Origin: Methanomicrobiales archaeon
GTDB taxonomy: Archaea > Halobacteriota > Methanomicrobia > Methanomicrobiales > Methanospirillaceae
Direction of reading: 5' to 3'
Assembly: GCA_037137755.1 (NCBI GenBank)
Contig: JBAXJR010000015.1
Location: forward strand, 1-53,758
DNA: 53,758 nt
Each line of letters starts with the position of its first letter. The first letter of the stretch is position 1. The notes under the pieces are model-generated. The model had not been told where the DNA came from and made no database searches. It worked only from the letters and a program-made list of their open reading frames with translations. Positions 10,357 to 20,705 of this stretch are shown one piece after another. The position numbers and the translations under genes were made by a program.

Positions 10357-11330
10357 GGTTCCACCAATGAATGATAGAGATCTACATGTTGTTTTGCAAC
10401 AGTCCTTATATCGAATGCCCGGGTATAGTCCCTTGCACCTGTAGCAATTCTCTGCAAAGCGGGTCTATCATTAATTAATACTGAAGCCTCGTCATTATTT
10501 GCGAAATACAGGATGGCATCCCCGAAAATATCGTGGAACTCCGGAATATCTCTCGCGACCACCGGGAGACCACAGGCAAGTGCCTCAAGGATAACGAGCC
10601 CGAATGTCTCCGCGTATGATGGCATGAAAAAGACGTCCGCACCGTTATAGGCATTCACCACATCTTTAATATGACGGGTAAGAATGACATTTTTCCCGCA
10701 ACGGTCACGCATAAAACGGATTTTCCGGTAGTCTTTCGAGAAAAAACCATATGGAAGCCCGCCAACCCAGACCCATTTTTTCTCGGGGAACTGTTTTGAC
10801 ATGGCAAAGAAATCGTAGAGCCCTTTTCTTGGAGTCTGCTGGGCCACGGTGAGGACGACCTCCGTATCATCATCAATCCCGAACTCCTCACGAAACGCTG
10901 CCCTTTTTTTATCGTCTTTCCTGAATATATCCCGGTTGACTCCGTTCGGAATATATGTCACCGGCATTTCCGGGACCATGGATGTTACTTCCTCATGACA
11001 TGACTTGGAGATGGTAATGATATGATCATATTTCCGGTACACTTTCGGGTACTGCTTATTGATCACCTTGACGAATGCAATATTTCCCTGGTTAATCCTC
11101 GGTGTTGAATGTGCAGTAAGGACTTTACACCCGGTACTAATCCTTCGGTTAACGGCAGCAACAGGACCAAACGTATGATAGTGGACGATATCTGCAGTCC
11201 GGGAATAACTTTTCCATGTGACGTCAATGTCAGACGATACAGCAATCTGGCGGTACAGGGACTTCGCAACCGTGGCACTGCCGATATATTTAAAGAACAG
11301 CTGGTCTTCCACATAGAAATTCACCCGCAT
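10353..11330 (-). CDS. Glycosyltransferase family 4
   Basis: IPNGV, RKG, PSYAETFGLVILEALACGLPVV. Confidence 0.93.
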   Translation of the reverse strand: MRVNFYVEDQLFFKYIGSATVAKSLYRQIAVSSDIDVTWKSYSRTADIVHYHTFGPVAAVNRRISTGCKVLTAHSTPRINQGNIAFVKVINKQYPKVYRKYDHIITISKSCHEEVTSMVPEMPVTYIPNGVNRDIFRKDDKKRAAFREEFGIDDDTEVVLTVAQQTPRKGLYDFFAMSKQFPEKKWVWVGGLPYGFFSKDYRKIRFMRDRCGKNVILTRHIKDVVNAYNGADVFFMPSYAETFGLVILEALACGLPVVARDIPEFHDIFGDAILYFANNDEASVLINDRPALQRIATGARDYTRAFDIRTVAKQHVDLYHSLVEP

Positions 11331-11331
11331 G

Positions 11332-12639
11332 TCAGTTGCCCCTTACAAAATCGATTGCATTCCGGATGCACCCGTCCATGTTAAGATATTCAAAGCGGGA
11401 GAATCGTCCGACCAGTGAAATACCAGCATTTTCAAAATATTCTCTGACAACTGCGATATTTTCCAGGTAATGGAGGTCATAGACAACATAGGCAAAACGG
11501 TGGCGGTACAAACCGGTTGAGATAACAGATCCAGGGGATACGAGGCCCATCCCGGTTAGTGAACGGGTTACATGGTCGATAATCTCAAGGTCACTCATTG
11601 TTGAAACGGCATCTCCTTCATTAAAGGTGATCTCCGCGAGGATCGAACTACAACCTTCGGGGGCAGTCCCGGGACTGAAATTTGAGGGGAACGAGATGCG
11701 GTTCTCCATCCCGGTCTTTTCATCAGGGATATACATCCATGAAACCGGTGGCACTTCCCCCTTAATTCCGATGCTGACCGAGATGAGGGAATTGTACTTC
11801 AGGTCATTCACCGCCTTCCTTACGTCATCCGGGACATCCATGAGTGTCGGGATAAGGTATTGCAGGGGAATTGTGGAGATACAACGGTCGGCAACAATTG
11901 TCCTTGAACCATCACTGATCCACCATTTCCCACCATCCCGTATAACGGATGTTACCCGGAAACCCGTAATAATCCTCTCTTTCACCGGCTCACAAATCGC
12001 GTGGATAATAGATTCAATACCACCTTCCATAGGGTAAGAAAAAATGGACTGGTGGGTATATCCCTCAGTCTCGATCCCGATTGCAGACCTGATGACATCC
12101 TCAACCGGGGGTCTTGGTACCCTTCCATCCATCCAGTGAGCAGACATCAGGTCTGTTTTGTAATTCCAGATCTTTTCATTGTAGGGGACCATGTAGCATT
12201 CTGCAATCCCTTTGCCGAATATCTGGTAAATCCATTCCTTAAAGTTGACAGGGGGTTTGAATTCTCCTTTTTCTGATGCAACAAGGGCCTTTACAAATTC
12301 ATTGATACAAAAGAACAGGTCCTCTTTTGGGAGGGCATAGAGACCATTTTCAAACGGGTATTTGATGAACAGACCTTTATAGAATATTTTTGTATTCCGT
12401 TCACAATCATTCCGGTTGCAGCCAAGGACCTCATGCATAAAGGAAAGCACTTCCTGGTCCCGGGAAAATATAATATGTGAACCCCCGGTATCGAATGTAA
12501 ACCCGTCCTGCTGAACAGACTGGCAAAGCCCGCCTATCCGTTCTCCTGCCTCCAGTATCGTGATATCTTCGTTCCGGGCAGCAAGGAGCCTTGCAAGTGT
12601 GAGGCCTGAAAGACCCCCTCCAAGTATCGCGGTTTTCAC
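11332..12639 (-). CDS. FAD-dependent oxidoreductase (HemY / UDP-galactopyranose-mutase-like)
   Basis: GGGLSG, IGGLCQS, FDTGGSH, PYNEKIW, GRFSRFEYLNMD. Confidence 0.85.
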   Translation of the reverse strand: MKTAILGGGLSGLTLARLLAARNEDITILEAGERIGGLCQSVQQDGFTFDTGGSHIIFSRDQEVLSFMHEVLGCNRNDCERNTKIFYKGLFIKYPFENGLYALPKEDLFFCINEFVKALVASEKGEFKPPVNFKEWIYQIFGKGIAECYMVPYNEKIWNYKTDLMSAHWMDGRVPRPPVEDVIRSAIGIETEGYTHQSIFSYPMEGGIESIIHAICEPVKERIITGFRVTSVIRDGGKWWISDGSRTIVADRCISTIPLQYLIPTLMDVPDDVRKAVNDLKYNSLISVSIGIKGEVPPVSWMYIPDEKTGMENRISFPSNFSPGTAPEGCSSILAEITFNEGDAVSTMSDLEIIDHVTRSLTGMGLVSPGSVISTGLYRHRFAYVVYDLHYLENIAVVREYFENAGISLVGRFSRFEYLNMDGCIRNAIDFVRGN

Positions 12640-12817
12640 TTCTTATTAGGTTAGTGGCCACGATTTATATGATTGACCATTCAAAGGTCCTGACCAGTCG
12701 TCCCGCAACACTTGACCGGTCGCAGGGAAAAAACGTATCGGGCAAGGAACGAATTGCAAGGCTTCCAGTTGCTGCAACACTAAATTGTGAAAAAAGAAAC
12801 GCTCTGAAAAAAGGTAA

Positions 12818-13321
12818 TTATTTTCCGCTCTTAACGGTTTTCGAGCCTCGTAAAATACCAATTTTGCCAGTCCGGACCAGCTCTTTTACCCCGTACTGGC
12901 GAAGCAGTGTTTCAAGGGCATCAATCTTCTCTGTGTTTCCCGTGATCTGAAGCACGAGAGTCTTTGTGCCCAGATCAATGATCTGCGCACGGAATATCTG
13001 GGCAATCTGCATGATTTCACTCCGGTTAGTCCCGGAGTCCGCGTTCACCTTTATCATCGCGAGTTCCCGTTCAACCCGTTCGTTATCGGTGAGATCTGAT
13101 ACCTTGATGACATCGATGAGCTTGTTGAGCTGTTTCATCACCTGTTCAATCTGGGCATCGTCCCCAATACAGACAATGGTAATCCGGCTCATCCCCGGCT
13201 CTTCGCAGGTACCGACTGCCAGGCTCTCGATATTAAAACCACGACGGGAGAAGAGCCCGGTCACGCGTGAGAGCACCCCGGCCCGGTTCTCAACAAGGAT
13301 CGAGAGGGTATGGGGCTTCAT
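12818..13321 (-). CDS. ilvN: Acetolactate synthase small subunit
   Basis: ENRAGVLSRVTGLFSRRGFNIESL; KQLNKLIDV. Confidence 0.96.
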   Translation of the reverse strand: MKPHTLSILVENRAGVLSRVTGLFSRRGFNIESLAVGTCEEPGMSRITIVCIGDDAQIEQVMKQLNKLIDVIKVSDLTDNERVERELAMIKVNADSGTNRSEIMQIAQIFRAQIIDLGTKTLVLQITGNTEKIDALETLLRQYGVKELVRTGKIGILRGSKTVKSGK

Positions 13322-14994
13322 GAGCTGTTACCCCCGATCATTTCGTTATTTGCGGCTCCAGGGGGAACTATCGGGTACACGTTCTCTTCCCGTTCAATCC
13401 TGAAATCAAGCATAAAGGGCCCGGGAGTATTAATCGCAGTCTTCAGTGCAGACTGCACTTCATCCCGGGACTCTACCCTTATCCCGTCAATACCATACGC
13501 CTGCGCAATTTTCACAAAGTCCACTGCCGGCAGTTCAGTAAATGAGTACCTCCGGTCATAGAACAGCTCCTGCCATTGCCTGACCATCCCGAGGTACTGG
13601 TTATTGAGGATGGCGATCTTCACCGGGATTTTGTACTGGGCGATCGTCCCGAGCTCCTGGATATTCATCTGGATACTCCCGTCGCCTGCAATATCGAAGA
13701 CGGTCTGGTCTGGTCGTGCATAATGCACCCCCATCGATGCCGGCAGCCCGTACCCCATCGTCCCGAGCCCCCCGGATGTGATCCAGGTCCTCGGTTTCCG
13801 GAAACAGTAGTACTGGGCAGTCCACATCTGGTTCTGGCCGACTTCTGAAACGATGATGTCATCCTCTCCCAGCAGTGCTGATAACTGCTGGATGATATAC
13901 TGGGGTCTGAGTTTCCCATCGTCCTTGTAACGGAGGGGATGCTTTTTCTTCCAGCCTTTTATTTTTTCATGCCAGGTCTGGTAATGTCCCGTCTTTTGCA
14001 GTTTCTGTACCAACTCCCCGAGAATGTTCCTGACATCGCCGACGATCGGCACATCGACCTTCTTGTTTTTCCCGATCTCAGCCGGGTCGATATCGATATG
14101 GATGATCTTCGCATGTGGGGCAAAGGTGTCGAGCTTCCCGGTAACCCGGTCATCAAACCTGACCCCTACTGCTATAAGGAGGTCACATTCGGTGACCGCA
14201 TAATTGGCGTACTCGGTCCCGTGCATCCCGAGCATCCCGAGGTTCAGCGGGTGGTCGCCGGGCACCGCACCGAGACCCATCAGAGTTGTGGTGATCGGGA
14301 TCATCATCTGCTCGGCAAATCGTACCAGCTCTTCAGATGCATTGGAAAGTATCACCCCGCCACCGGCATACATGAGCGGGCGTTCAGCAAGCGTGAGTAG
14401 TTCTATAGCCCGGTCAATCTGCCTCTGGTGGCCCTTGTAGGTTGGCTGGTAGCCGCGGAGGCTGACAGTCTCCACCCTGGGAGGATCAGTTTCCACGGTC
14501 CCGGTGCTCACGTCCTTAGGTATATCAATCAATACCGGTCCCGGTCTTCCGGTTCCCGCAATGTAAAATGCTTCCTGGAGAATCCGTGGGATATCGTAGG
14601 CCTTTTTTACCAGGTAATTGTGTTTTGTCACCGGCATTGTGATACCGGTAATATCGGACTCCTGGAACGCGTCATTTCCAAGCAGCGAAGTCGGGACCTG
14701 GCCGGTAATCGCAACAATGGGGATAGAGTCCATGTAGGCGGTGGCAATACCTGTCACCAGATTACATGCCCCGGGACCTGACGTGGCAAGGCATACACCG
14801 ACACGACCGCTTGCCCGTGCGTAGCCATCGGCTGCATGGGCGGCTGCCTGTTCATGCCGTACCAGGATGTGCCGTAATGGTGAATCATAGAGTTCATCAT
14901 ATATCGGCAATACTACACCGCCGGGGTAGCCAAATATCGTCTCCACCCCTTCGCGCTGCAGTCCTTCAATCAGGAGTTTTGCTCCGGTTTTCAT
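13318..14994 (-). CDS. ilvB: Acetolactate synthase large subunit
   Basis: FGYPGG, RHEQAAAHAADGYAR, TSGPG and the TPP motif GDGSIQMN. Confidence 0.97.
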   Translation of the reverse strand: MKTGAKLLIEGLQREGVETIFGYPGGVVLPIYDELYDSPLRHILVRHEQAAAHAADGYARASGRVGVCLATSGPGACNLVTGIATAYMDSIPIVAITGQVPTSLLGNDAFQESDITGITMPVTKHNYLVKKAYDIPRILQEAFYIAGTGRPGPVLIDIPKDVSTGTVETDPPRVETVSLRGYQPTYKGHQRQIDRAIELLTLAERPLMYAGGGVILSNASEELVRFAEQMMIPITTTLMGLGAVPGDHPLNLGMLGMHGTEYANYAVTECDLLIAVGVRFDDRVTGKLDTFAPHAKIIHIDIDPAEIGKNKKVDVPIVGDVRNILGELVQKLQKTGHYQTWHEKIKGWKKKHPLRYKDDGKLRPQYIIQQLSALLGEDDIIVSEVGQNQMWTAQYYCFRKPRTWITSGGLGTMGYGLPASMGVHYARPDQTVFDIAGDGSIQMNIQELGTIAQYKIPVKIAILNNQYLGMVRQWQELFYDRRYSFTELPAVDFVKIAQAYGIDGIRVESRDEVQSALKTAINTPGPFMLDFRIEREENVYPIVPPGAANNEMIGGNSS

Positions 14995-16474
14995 TCTCTT
15001 CCCTCAATAGTCTGTTCATTCCGGCGATCACCGCTTCTACACTTGCCATGATGATATCGGTGCGGGCGCCTCGTGACGTAATTATCTTTCCGTCTTTACT
15101 TAATCTTACCGTTACATCGACAAGCGCGTCTGTTCCACCGCTGATTGCGTCCACATGGTACTCTTCAAGCCTGATGTCGGCAACATCAGCAACTGATTTT
15201 CTTAGCGCCTCCATGGCAGCGTCTACTGGCCCGGTCCCTGTCGCAGCACTGGTAATTTCCTCGTTATGTACGATGAGGGTGACCGATGCGGTCGGTATTA
15301 CATTACTCCCGGAAACAACCGTGAATTGTTTCATCCTGAGCACCGGTCTGCATTCAATCGCCATCACGGCATCTGCGATGGTCATCAGGTCTGTATCGGT
15401 AATCCGTTTGCCTTCATCACCAAGGACCTTGATCCTCTTGACGATCTCTTTTAATTGTTTTTCTTCAGGCTTGTAGTTCATCTCGCTCAGTGCCGCACCA
15501 ACCGATGCGGAACCTGAATGTTTCCCAAGGACGATGCGTCGTTTACGACCGATCTGTTCTGGTTTCACTGATTCATAGGTCGACGGCTCACGAAGCACAC
15601 CATGTGCATGAATACCGCTTTCATGGGTGAATGCCATCTCCCCGACAATCGCCTTGTTCACCGGTAGCGCCACCCCGGTAAGTTTTGAGACCAGGGTGGA
15701 GAGATGATAGATCTCGCTCGTCACGACTGATGTCCGGTAGTCGTACAGGACCTCCAGTGCCATTATAAGTTCCTCGAATGGCGTATTGCCTGCCCGTTCT
15801 CCAAGCCCGTTCACGGTTACATGGGCGCAGCTTGCCCCTGCCTTCAGGGCAGCAAACGTATTAGCAAGTGCTAACCCGAGATCGTTATGGCAATGTATTG
15901 ATAACGGAGCAATACACAGCGGGGGGATGAACTTTGCTGTTTTCTCAGGTGTCAGAAGTCCTACCGTGTCACAGAAACAAAGGCGGTCTGCACCCCGCTC
16001 CACACCACCCCTGTATACTTCAAGGAGGAATTCAGGATCTGCACGGGATGCATCTTCACCCGATAATTCTACAATCAGGCCCCGCTCCTTTGCATATTCT
16101 ACCGCATCATTGGCCATTTTAAGGACATCTGACCTCGTTTTCCGGAGTTTTTTCTGGATATGAAGGTCACTCACCGGTATAACAAGGTGTACCGAATCAG
16201 CTCCATAATCCGCAGCAAGGTCGATATCCCCCTGCATGGCCCTGACATACGTGCAGCATTCTGCACTTAACCCTGCATCTGATATCAGGCGGATTGCCTC
16301 ACATTCGCCAGTAGACGCAGCAGCCGAACCGGCTTCGATTACATCAACACCTATTGAGGAGAGTTTTTCCGCGATCTGGAGTTTCTCATGCGGTTCGAGC
16401 GAGACGCCGGGTGTTTGTTCCCCGTCCCGTAAGGTTGTATCAAAAAAACGCAGCTTTTCAACAAATAAAGCAAT
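14966..16474 (-). CDS. cimA: (R)-citramalate synthase / LeuA-family enzyme; N-terminus extends about 79 codons beyond the ORF-track start
   Basis: The frame upstream of 16237 reads IALFVEKLRFFDTTLRDGEQTPGVS; HCHNDLG, GLGERAGN, HESGIH and a LeuA regulatory domain are present; adjacent to ilvBN. Confidence 0.8.
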   Translation of the reverse strand: MALFVEKLRFFDTTLRDGEQTPGVSLEPHEKLQIAEKLSSIGVDVIEAGSAAASTGECEAIRLISDAGLSAECCTYVRAMQGDIDLAADYGADSVHLVIPVSDLHIQKKLRKTRSDVLKMANDAVEYAKERGLIVELSGEDASRADPEFLLEVYRGGVERGADRLCFCDTVGLLTPEKTAKFIPPLCIAPLSIHCHNDLGLALANTFAALKAGASCAHVTVNGLGERAGNTPFEELIMALEVLYDYRTSVVTSEIYHLSTLVSKLTGVALPVNKAIVGEMAFTHESGIHAHGVLREPSTYESVKPEQIGRKRRIVLGKHSGSASVGAALSEMNYKPEEKQLKEIVKRIKVLGDEGKRITDTDLMTIADAVMAIECRPVLRMKQFTVVSGSNVIPTASVTLIVHNEEITSAATGTGPVDAAMEALRKSVADVADIRLEEYHVDAISGGTDALVDVTVRLSKDGKIITSRGARTDIIMASVEAVIAGMNRLLREENENRSKTPD

Positions 16475-16604
16475 CTGTCATGGAAGTTCCACCACAATAG
16501 AGAATGGAAGCCCGGATTATTTAAAATATCGGGTTAAATGCGGATATTTTCACAGATGTATTTCAAAGGCCCACAATTGTCAGTTACATTTAAAAAAAGC
16601 AGGG

Positions 16605-17342
16605 TTATTCTGAAAGTTCCGCTGGAACCTCCGGGATCACCGGGGATGCACATTCATAGACCAGAGTTACGTACCTTGCCGAGAATAAAATGAATGGTAC
16701 CAGTACAATAATATAAACCAGCCAGTACATGGCCATACCCACTATGGGTATCAGGTTAAGAAGCTCGAGGACAATAAAGAAAATTATGCTGATTACCCAG
16801 TAGATGATCATTGCAACAATGTACCGGCCCCATCCTATTGCACGAATAGTATCCATGACTGCACCGAAATTAAATGCCTCTGAAAATTTCCCTTCTTTTG
16901 CAAGCCTGATAAGTGCAATCGTCGAAATGAGCGAGATTATTATGGCAAGAATTACGGTAACCAGTAGTCCAAAGCCGATACCGAGCAGGACTCCGACAAA
17001 CTTGTCCACATTGTTGAAAATGTATGCGGGATTTTCCATGATAATGTAGGGCATGAAATTGACCATCGCATAGAAAATCGTAACCAATAACACCACAATA
17101 ACGGGAATCGCGTAGATAAGCCCTGCAAAAATGAGTTTAAGGCCCATGATAAAAAGTCCGCCCTCTTCGAACTTCGGTGCCGGCTGGTCACCCCGATATA
17201 TCTTTGCGATGTACCCGGTTATTAGTGGAAATACCACGCAACTCATCAACAGGAGAAGCCACCGTTCCCATTTACCCCACACCGCATCTTTTGCATAGGT
17301 GTAGGAATCCTGTAGCATGTTTCCGTAATCCATAGTTATCAC
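16605..17342 (-). CDS. DUF4013-family membrane protein
   Basis: WLLL...FPLITGY..IYRG, four hydrophobic segments, FSEAFNF motif. Confidence 0.85.
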   Translation of the reverse strand: MITMDYGNMLQDSYTYAKDAVWGKWERWLLLLMSCVVFPLITGYIAKIYRGDQPAPKFEEGGLFIMGLKLIFAGLIYAIPVIVVLLVTIFYAMVNFMPYIIMENPAYIFNNVDKFVGVLLGIGFGLLVTVILAIIISLISTIALIRLAKEGKFSEAFNFGAVMDTIRAIGWGRYIVAMIIYWVISIIFFIVLELLNLIPIVGMAMYWLVYIIVLVPFILFSARYVTLVYECASPVIPEVPAELSE

Positions 17343-17580
17343 TGTAAATGGTCAATTGTCCGTGTGGGAAATTAAGAGTGTCTCAAAAGTTATCATTATT
17401 CACACACAATTGTCCTGGTTTACTAACACTCCTCATTTTTTTAGCGATACCGCGCAGGATGAATAATGTTCCAAAATACAAATTCAAAACGAAGGCCCGA
17501 AAATTCGATTTATCTGATAATATACCTCTGATATTATCCAGAATGCGGACCTGACGATATAACAAAAAAATATGAAAGGT

Positions 17581-18258
17581 TTATGCGGCTTCACCAGCAC
17601 TCTCGTACAGCAGGGTGATGTACCGTGCCGAGAAAATACCAATAAACGGGAGAAGTATGATCAGTAGAACCCAGCCCACATATGGGATTACCCAGCAGAT
17701 TAATTCAATAATTCCGGTGATCAGTAACAGGACTATCAGTGCCAGGATATAAGTGGGGATGCCAATCCTTCCAATTGTTGCAAAAATAGCCCCAAAATTA
17801 AATGCCTCACCAAATCTGTCGGTACGAGCAAACCGAACCATTCCTATAATCGCGATCATCTCGATAATAATGGCGACGATAATAAGAATGACCAGTCCAA
17901 ACAGGACAGCACCTGCAAGCCCCATCACGGCATTGGGATCTGCCATCGGGTTCGTAAGGGTTGTAAAGAATGCAACGCCGGCACTCCCTATTACCGCAAA
18001 TTCAACGATGAGGATAGGAATTGCATAGATTATTGCAACTATGAAGAGTTTGATCCCGTCCACAAACATTCTTCCCCATTCGTCAAGTTGCGGTGAAGGT
18101 ACCACTCCGCGGTATATCCGCATTACATACCCCATCATTAGGGGGAAAATAATACAACTGATAATCAGTAGTATCCATTTGGCCCACTTACCGACGAGAC
18201 CTTCTTTTGCATACTCAAAAGAATCTCCAACAGTTTTTCCATATTCCATTAAGGTCAC
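17581..18258 (-). CDS. DUF4013-family membrane protein (tandem paralog)
   Basis: WILL...FPLMMGY..IYRG, W..MFVDGIK, FGEAFNF. Confidence 0.85.
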   Translation of the reverse strand: MTLMEYGKTVGDSFEYAKEGLVGKWAKWILLIISCIIFPLMMGYVMRIYRGVVPSPQLDEWGRMFVDGIKLFIVAIIYAIPILIVEFAVIGSAGVAFFTTLTNPMADPNAVMGLAGAVLFGLVILIIVAIIIEMIAIIGMVRFARTDRFGEAFNFGAIFATIGRIGIPTYILALIVLLLITGIIELICWVIPYVGWVLLIILLPFIGIFSARYITLLYESAGEAA

Positions 18259-18330
18259 CTTACTATGATTGAATTCTGGATTGAACGATTATATATAGAT
18301 ATCTCAAAAAATGGGGCTGATTTTTCCGGT

Positions 18331-19821
18331 TCAGTGCCTGAAATACCGTATCCCGGTGAATATCATCGCAATATTGTGATGGTTTGCGGCATCTATCACT
18401 TCTTTGTCCCGGATCGATCCTCCCGGCTGAACGAGTGCTGAGGCACCTGCTTTTACTGCCACTTCGAGGGTATCCGGGAACGGGAGAAACGCATCGGATG
18501 CGACTGCGGAGTCCTTAAGGGGGGAAAGGGCTTTTTCTATGGCAATCTTTGCAGCATCGACCCTGCTCATCTGGCCTGCACCGATACCAATGGTTTTTCC
18601 CGGGCCTGCAAATATGATCGCATTACTCCGGGTATGCTTGACAACTTTCCAGGCAAAATTAAGGGCGGACATTTCATCAGCCGAGGGGTCCCTGTCAGAT
18701 ACGGTCTCCCAATGTTCCTGGTACGGCGGGGTTCGCTGGACCAGTACACCACCGGAAATAGTCCGGATTTCGTCCTGCACGACTGCCTCGGGCAGGTGGA
18801 TGACTCTCATATTTTCCTTTGTTTTCAACAAATCCAATGCACCCTTTGTAAAGGCCGGAGCACAAAGGACCTCGACAAACGTGGAACAAAATTCTTTTGC
18901 AAGGGGTTCATCAACCAGGCGGTTCAAAGCAACCACCGATCCATAGGCGGATACAGGGTCGGTATCACGTGCTTTCCGGTATGCTTCGCCAACCGTTCCG
19001 GCGACCGCTACCCCGCAGGGATTGTTATGTTTCATGATTACGGCACAGGGCTCATTGAATTCATTAAGGAGACCTGATGCGGCATTCAGGTCCAGGTAAT
19101 TATTGTAGGACATCTGTTTTCCCTGGAATGGTTCCGCTGAGGCGATACCTGTGCAACCGTAGATCGCAGCCTTCTGGTGAGGGTTCTCCCCGTACCTGAG
19201 CGGACGACCGTTCCTGAACTGGACGGTGTAAACATCAGGGAATTCTTTTCCTTCGGTGTGGAAATAATTGCTTATTGAAGCGTCATACGCAGCGGTGCGT
19301 GAAAAGGCTTTTTTAGCAAGCATTATCCGCTCTGTATCCGTGAATGCCCCGGAACGTACCGCCTTTTCAACCAGCGGGTAATCACCAGGGTCCACAACTA
19401 CCCCAACATCCCGGTAATTCTTTGCAGCAGCCCTGATCATTGCAGGTCCACCTATGTCGATGTATTCGATCAGCTGTTCAAGGGGGAGGCCCTTGCCTGA
19501 CATTTCTTCAAACGGGTAAAGGTTCACAACGAGGAGGTCAATCGGGTGGATCCCATGGGACTGCATTACCTCATCATCAACTCCACGGCGTCCAAGAAGG
19601 CCGCCATGAACTCGCGGGTGGAGTGTTTTGACCCGCCCGCCCATCATCTCGGGGTAACCCGTGTAGGATGAAACTTCTGTAAATGGGATGCCTGCAGCGG
19701 AAAGCGATTTTCCCGTCCCCCCTGAACTCATGATGCCGACCTTATGCTCATGAAGTACCCTTGCAAGTTCGATAATCCCGCTTTTATCCCACACAGAGAG
19801 CAGTGCCCATTTCATAGACAC
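18331..19821 (-). CDS. purH: Bifunctional AICAR transformylase/IMP cyclohydrolase
   Basis: ALLSVWDK, GRVKTLHP, IDIGGP, LRYGENPHQ, KHNNPCG, RYFRH end. Confidence 0.97.
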   Translation of the reverse strand: MSMKWALLSVWDKSGIIELARVLHEHKVGIMSSGGTGKSLSAAGIPFTEVSSYTGYPEMMGGRVKTLHPRVHGGLLGRRGVDDEVMQSHGIHPIDLLVVNLYPFEEMSGKGLPLEQLIEYIDIGGPAMIRAAAKNYRDVGVVVDPGDYPLVEKAVRSGAFTDTERIMLAKKAFSRTAAYDASISNYFHTEGKEFPDVYTVQFRNGRPLRYGENPHQKAAIYGCTGIASAEPFQGKQMSYNNYLDLNAASGLLNEFNEPCAVIMKHNNPCGVAVAGTVGEAYRKARDTDPVSAYGSVVALNRLVDEPLAKEFCSTFVEVLCAPAFTKGALDLLKTKENMRVIHLPEAVVQDEIRTISGGVLVQRTPPYQEHWETVSDRDPSADEMSALNFAWKVVKHTRSNAIIFAGPGKTIGIGAGQMSRVDAAKIAIEKALSPLKDSAVASDAFLPFPDTLEVAVKAGASALVQPGGSIRDKEVIDAANHHNIAMIFTGIRYFRH

Positions 19822-20101
19822 AGTATAGGCACGCCAGCTATTATGACATTATTGGACATTGGAACCATTACGTCAGACGGTGTTAGCTCCTGTAAAGCGG
19901 GACGGATAAACAGGGAATATTTTTCGGCAGGTTTGTCCGGAAAAGAGGCATTTACTGTATTTTGTTGACACCACCCTCCAGGATAGAACTAAATCTGCGC
20001 GGTTATTTTTCACCCAGATGCAATTATGAGGGATCTAAAGGATTTAAAGGATTGAAATTTAAAAACAAGCATAATTTCCCGTTTGTCTTATGAGTTAATT
20101 A

Positions 20102-20122
20102 TATATAGAACTACAATGCAAT
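20102..20122 (+). promoter_or_regulatory. TATA box plus putative heat-shock element of grpE-dnaK-dnaJ
   Basis: TATATAGAA-cta-CAATgCaAT; matches the thermosome upstream motif. Confidence 0.6.
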
Positions 20123-20139
20123 AGATAATAGACCGTTAA

Positions 20140-20700
20140 ATGGCACACATGAATAGAGAGAGAGGAAAAGCGCATATCGATGGAGAAATGGGAGATCCAG
20201 CGATAGATCAGGGAACCGTTATTCCGGAACAGGCGGCCGGACAGGATCAGGCTTGTACTGATTCCGGGACCGACCCCTTAAGGGAAGAACTGAAGGAACT
20301 GAATGAAAGGTATCTCCGTCTCGCAGCCGATTTCGAGAATTACAGGAAAAGGACCGAGCGCGACCTTGACACTCACATCAGGTATGCTATAGAAAAGTTT
20401 GCTGTTGAATTGATCGAGGTGATCGATAACTTTGACCGTGCAATTACATCAGAGAATTCCAAGACCCGCGAAGGCCTTGAACAGATCAGTAAGCTGTTCG
20501 GGACCCTCCTTGAACAACACGGGATTACCCCTATCGTATCAGTGGGGGAGAAATTCAACCCGGCCGTTCATGAGGCGGTAGTCTGCATTCCCTCTGAAAA
20601 GGATGAGGGAATGGTAATCGAAGAGTTTTGTAAAGGATACCGGATGCATGACAAAATTGTCAGATGCGCTAAAGTTGCAGTTTCAAAAGGTAAGGAGTAA
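20140..20700 (+). CDS. grpE: Nucleotide exchange factor GrpE
   Basis: [25 protein letters not shown]; upstream of dnaK. Confidence 0.96.
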   Translation: MAHMNRERGKAHIDGEMGDPAIDQGTVIPEQAAGQDQACTDSGTDPLREELKELNERYLRLAADFENYRKRTERDLDTHIRYAIEKFAVELIEVIDNFDRAITSENSKTREGLEQISKLFGTLLEQHGITPIVSVGEKFNPAVHEAVVCIPSEKDEGMVIEEFCKGYRMHDKIVRCAKVAVSKGKE

Positions 20701-20705
20701 TAATT

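Noticed and set aside
14766-15476. 236 aa plus-strand ORF and similar long overlapping ORFs (9478..10053, 21601..22275, 45990..46742)
   Set aside because: Antisense or alternate-frame shadows of well-supported genes, with no recognisable motifs
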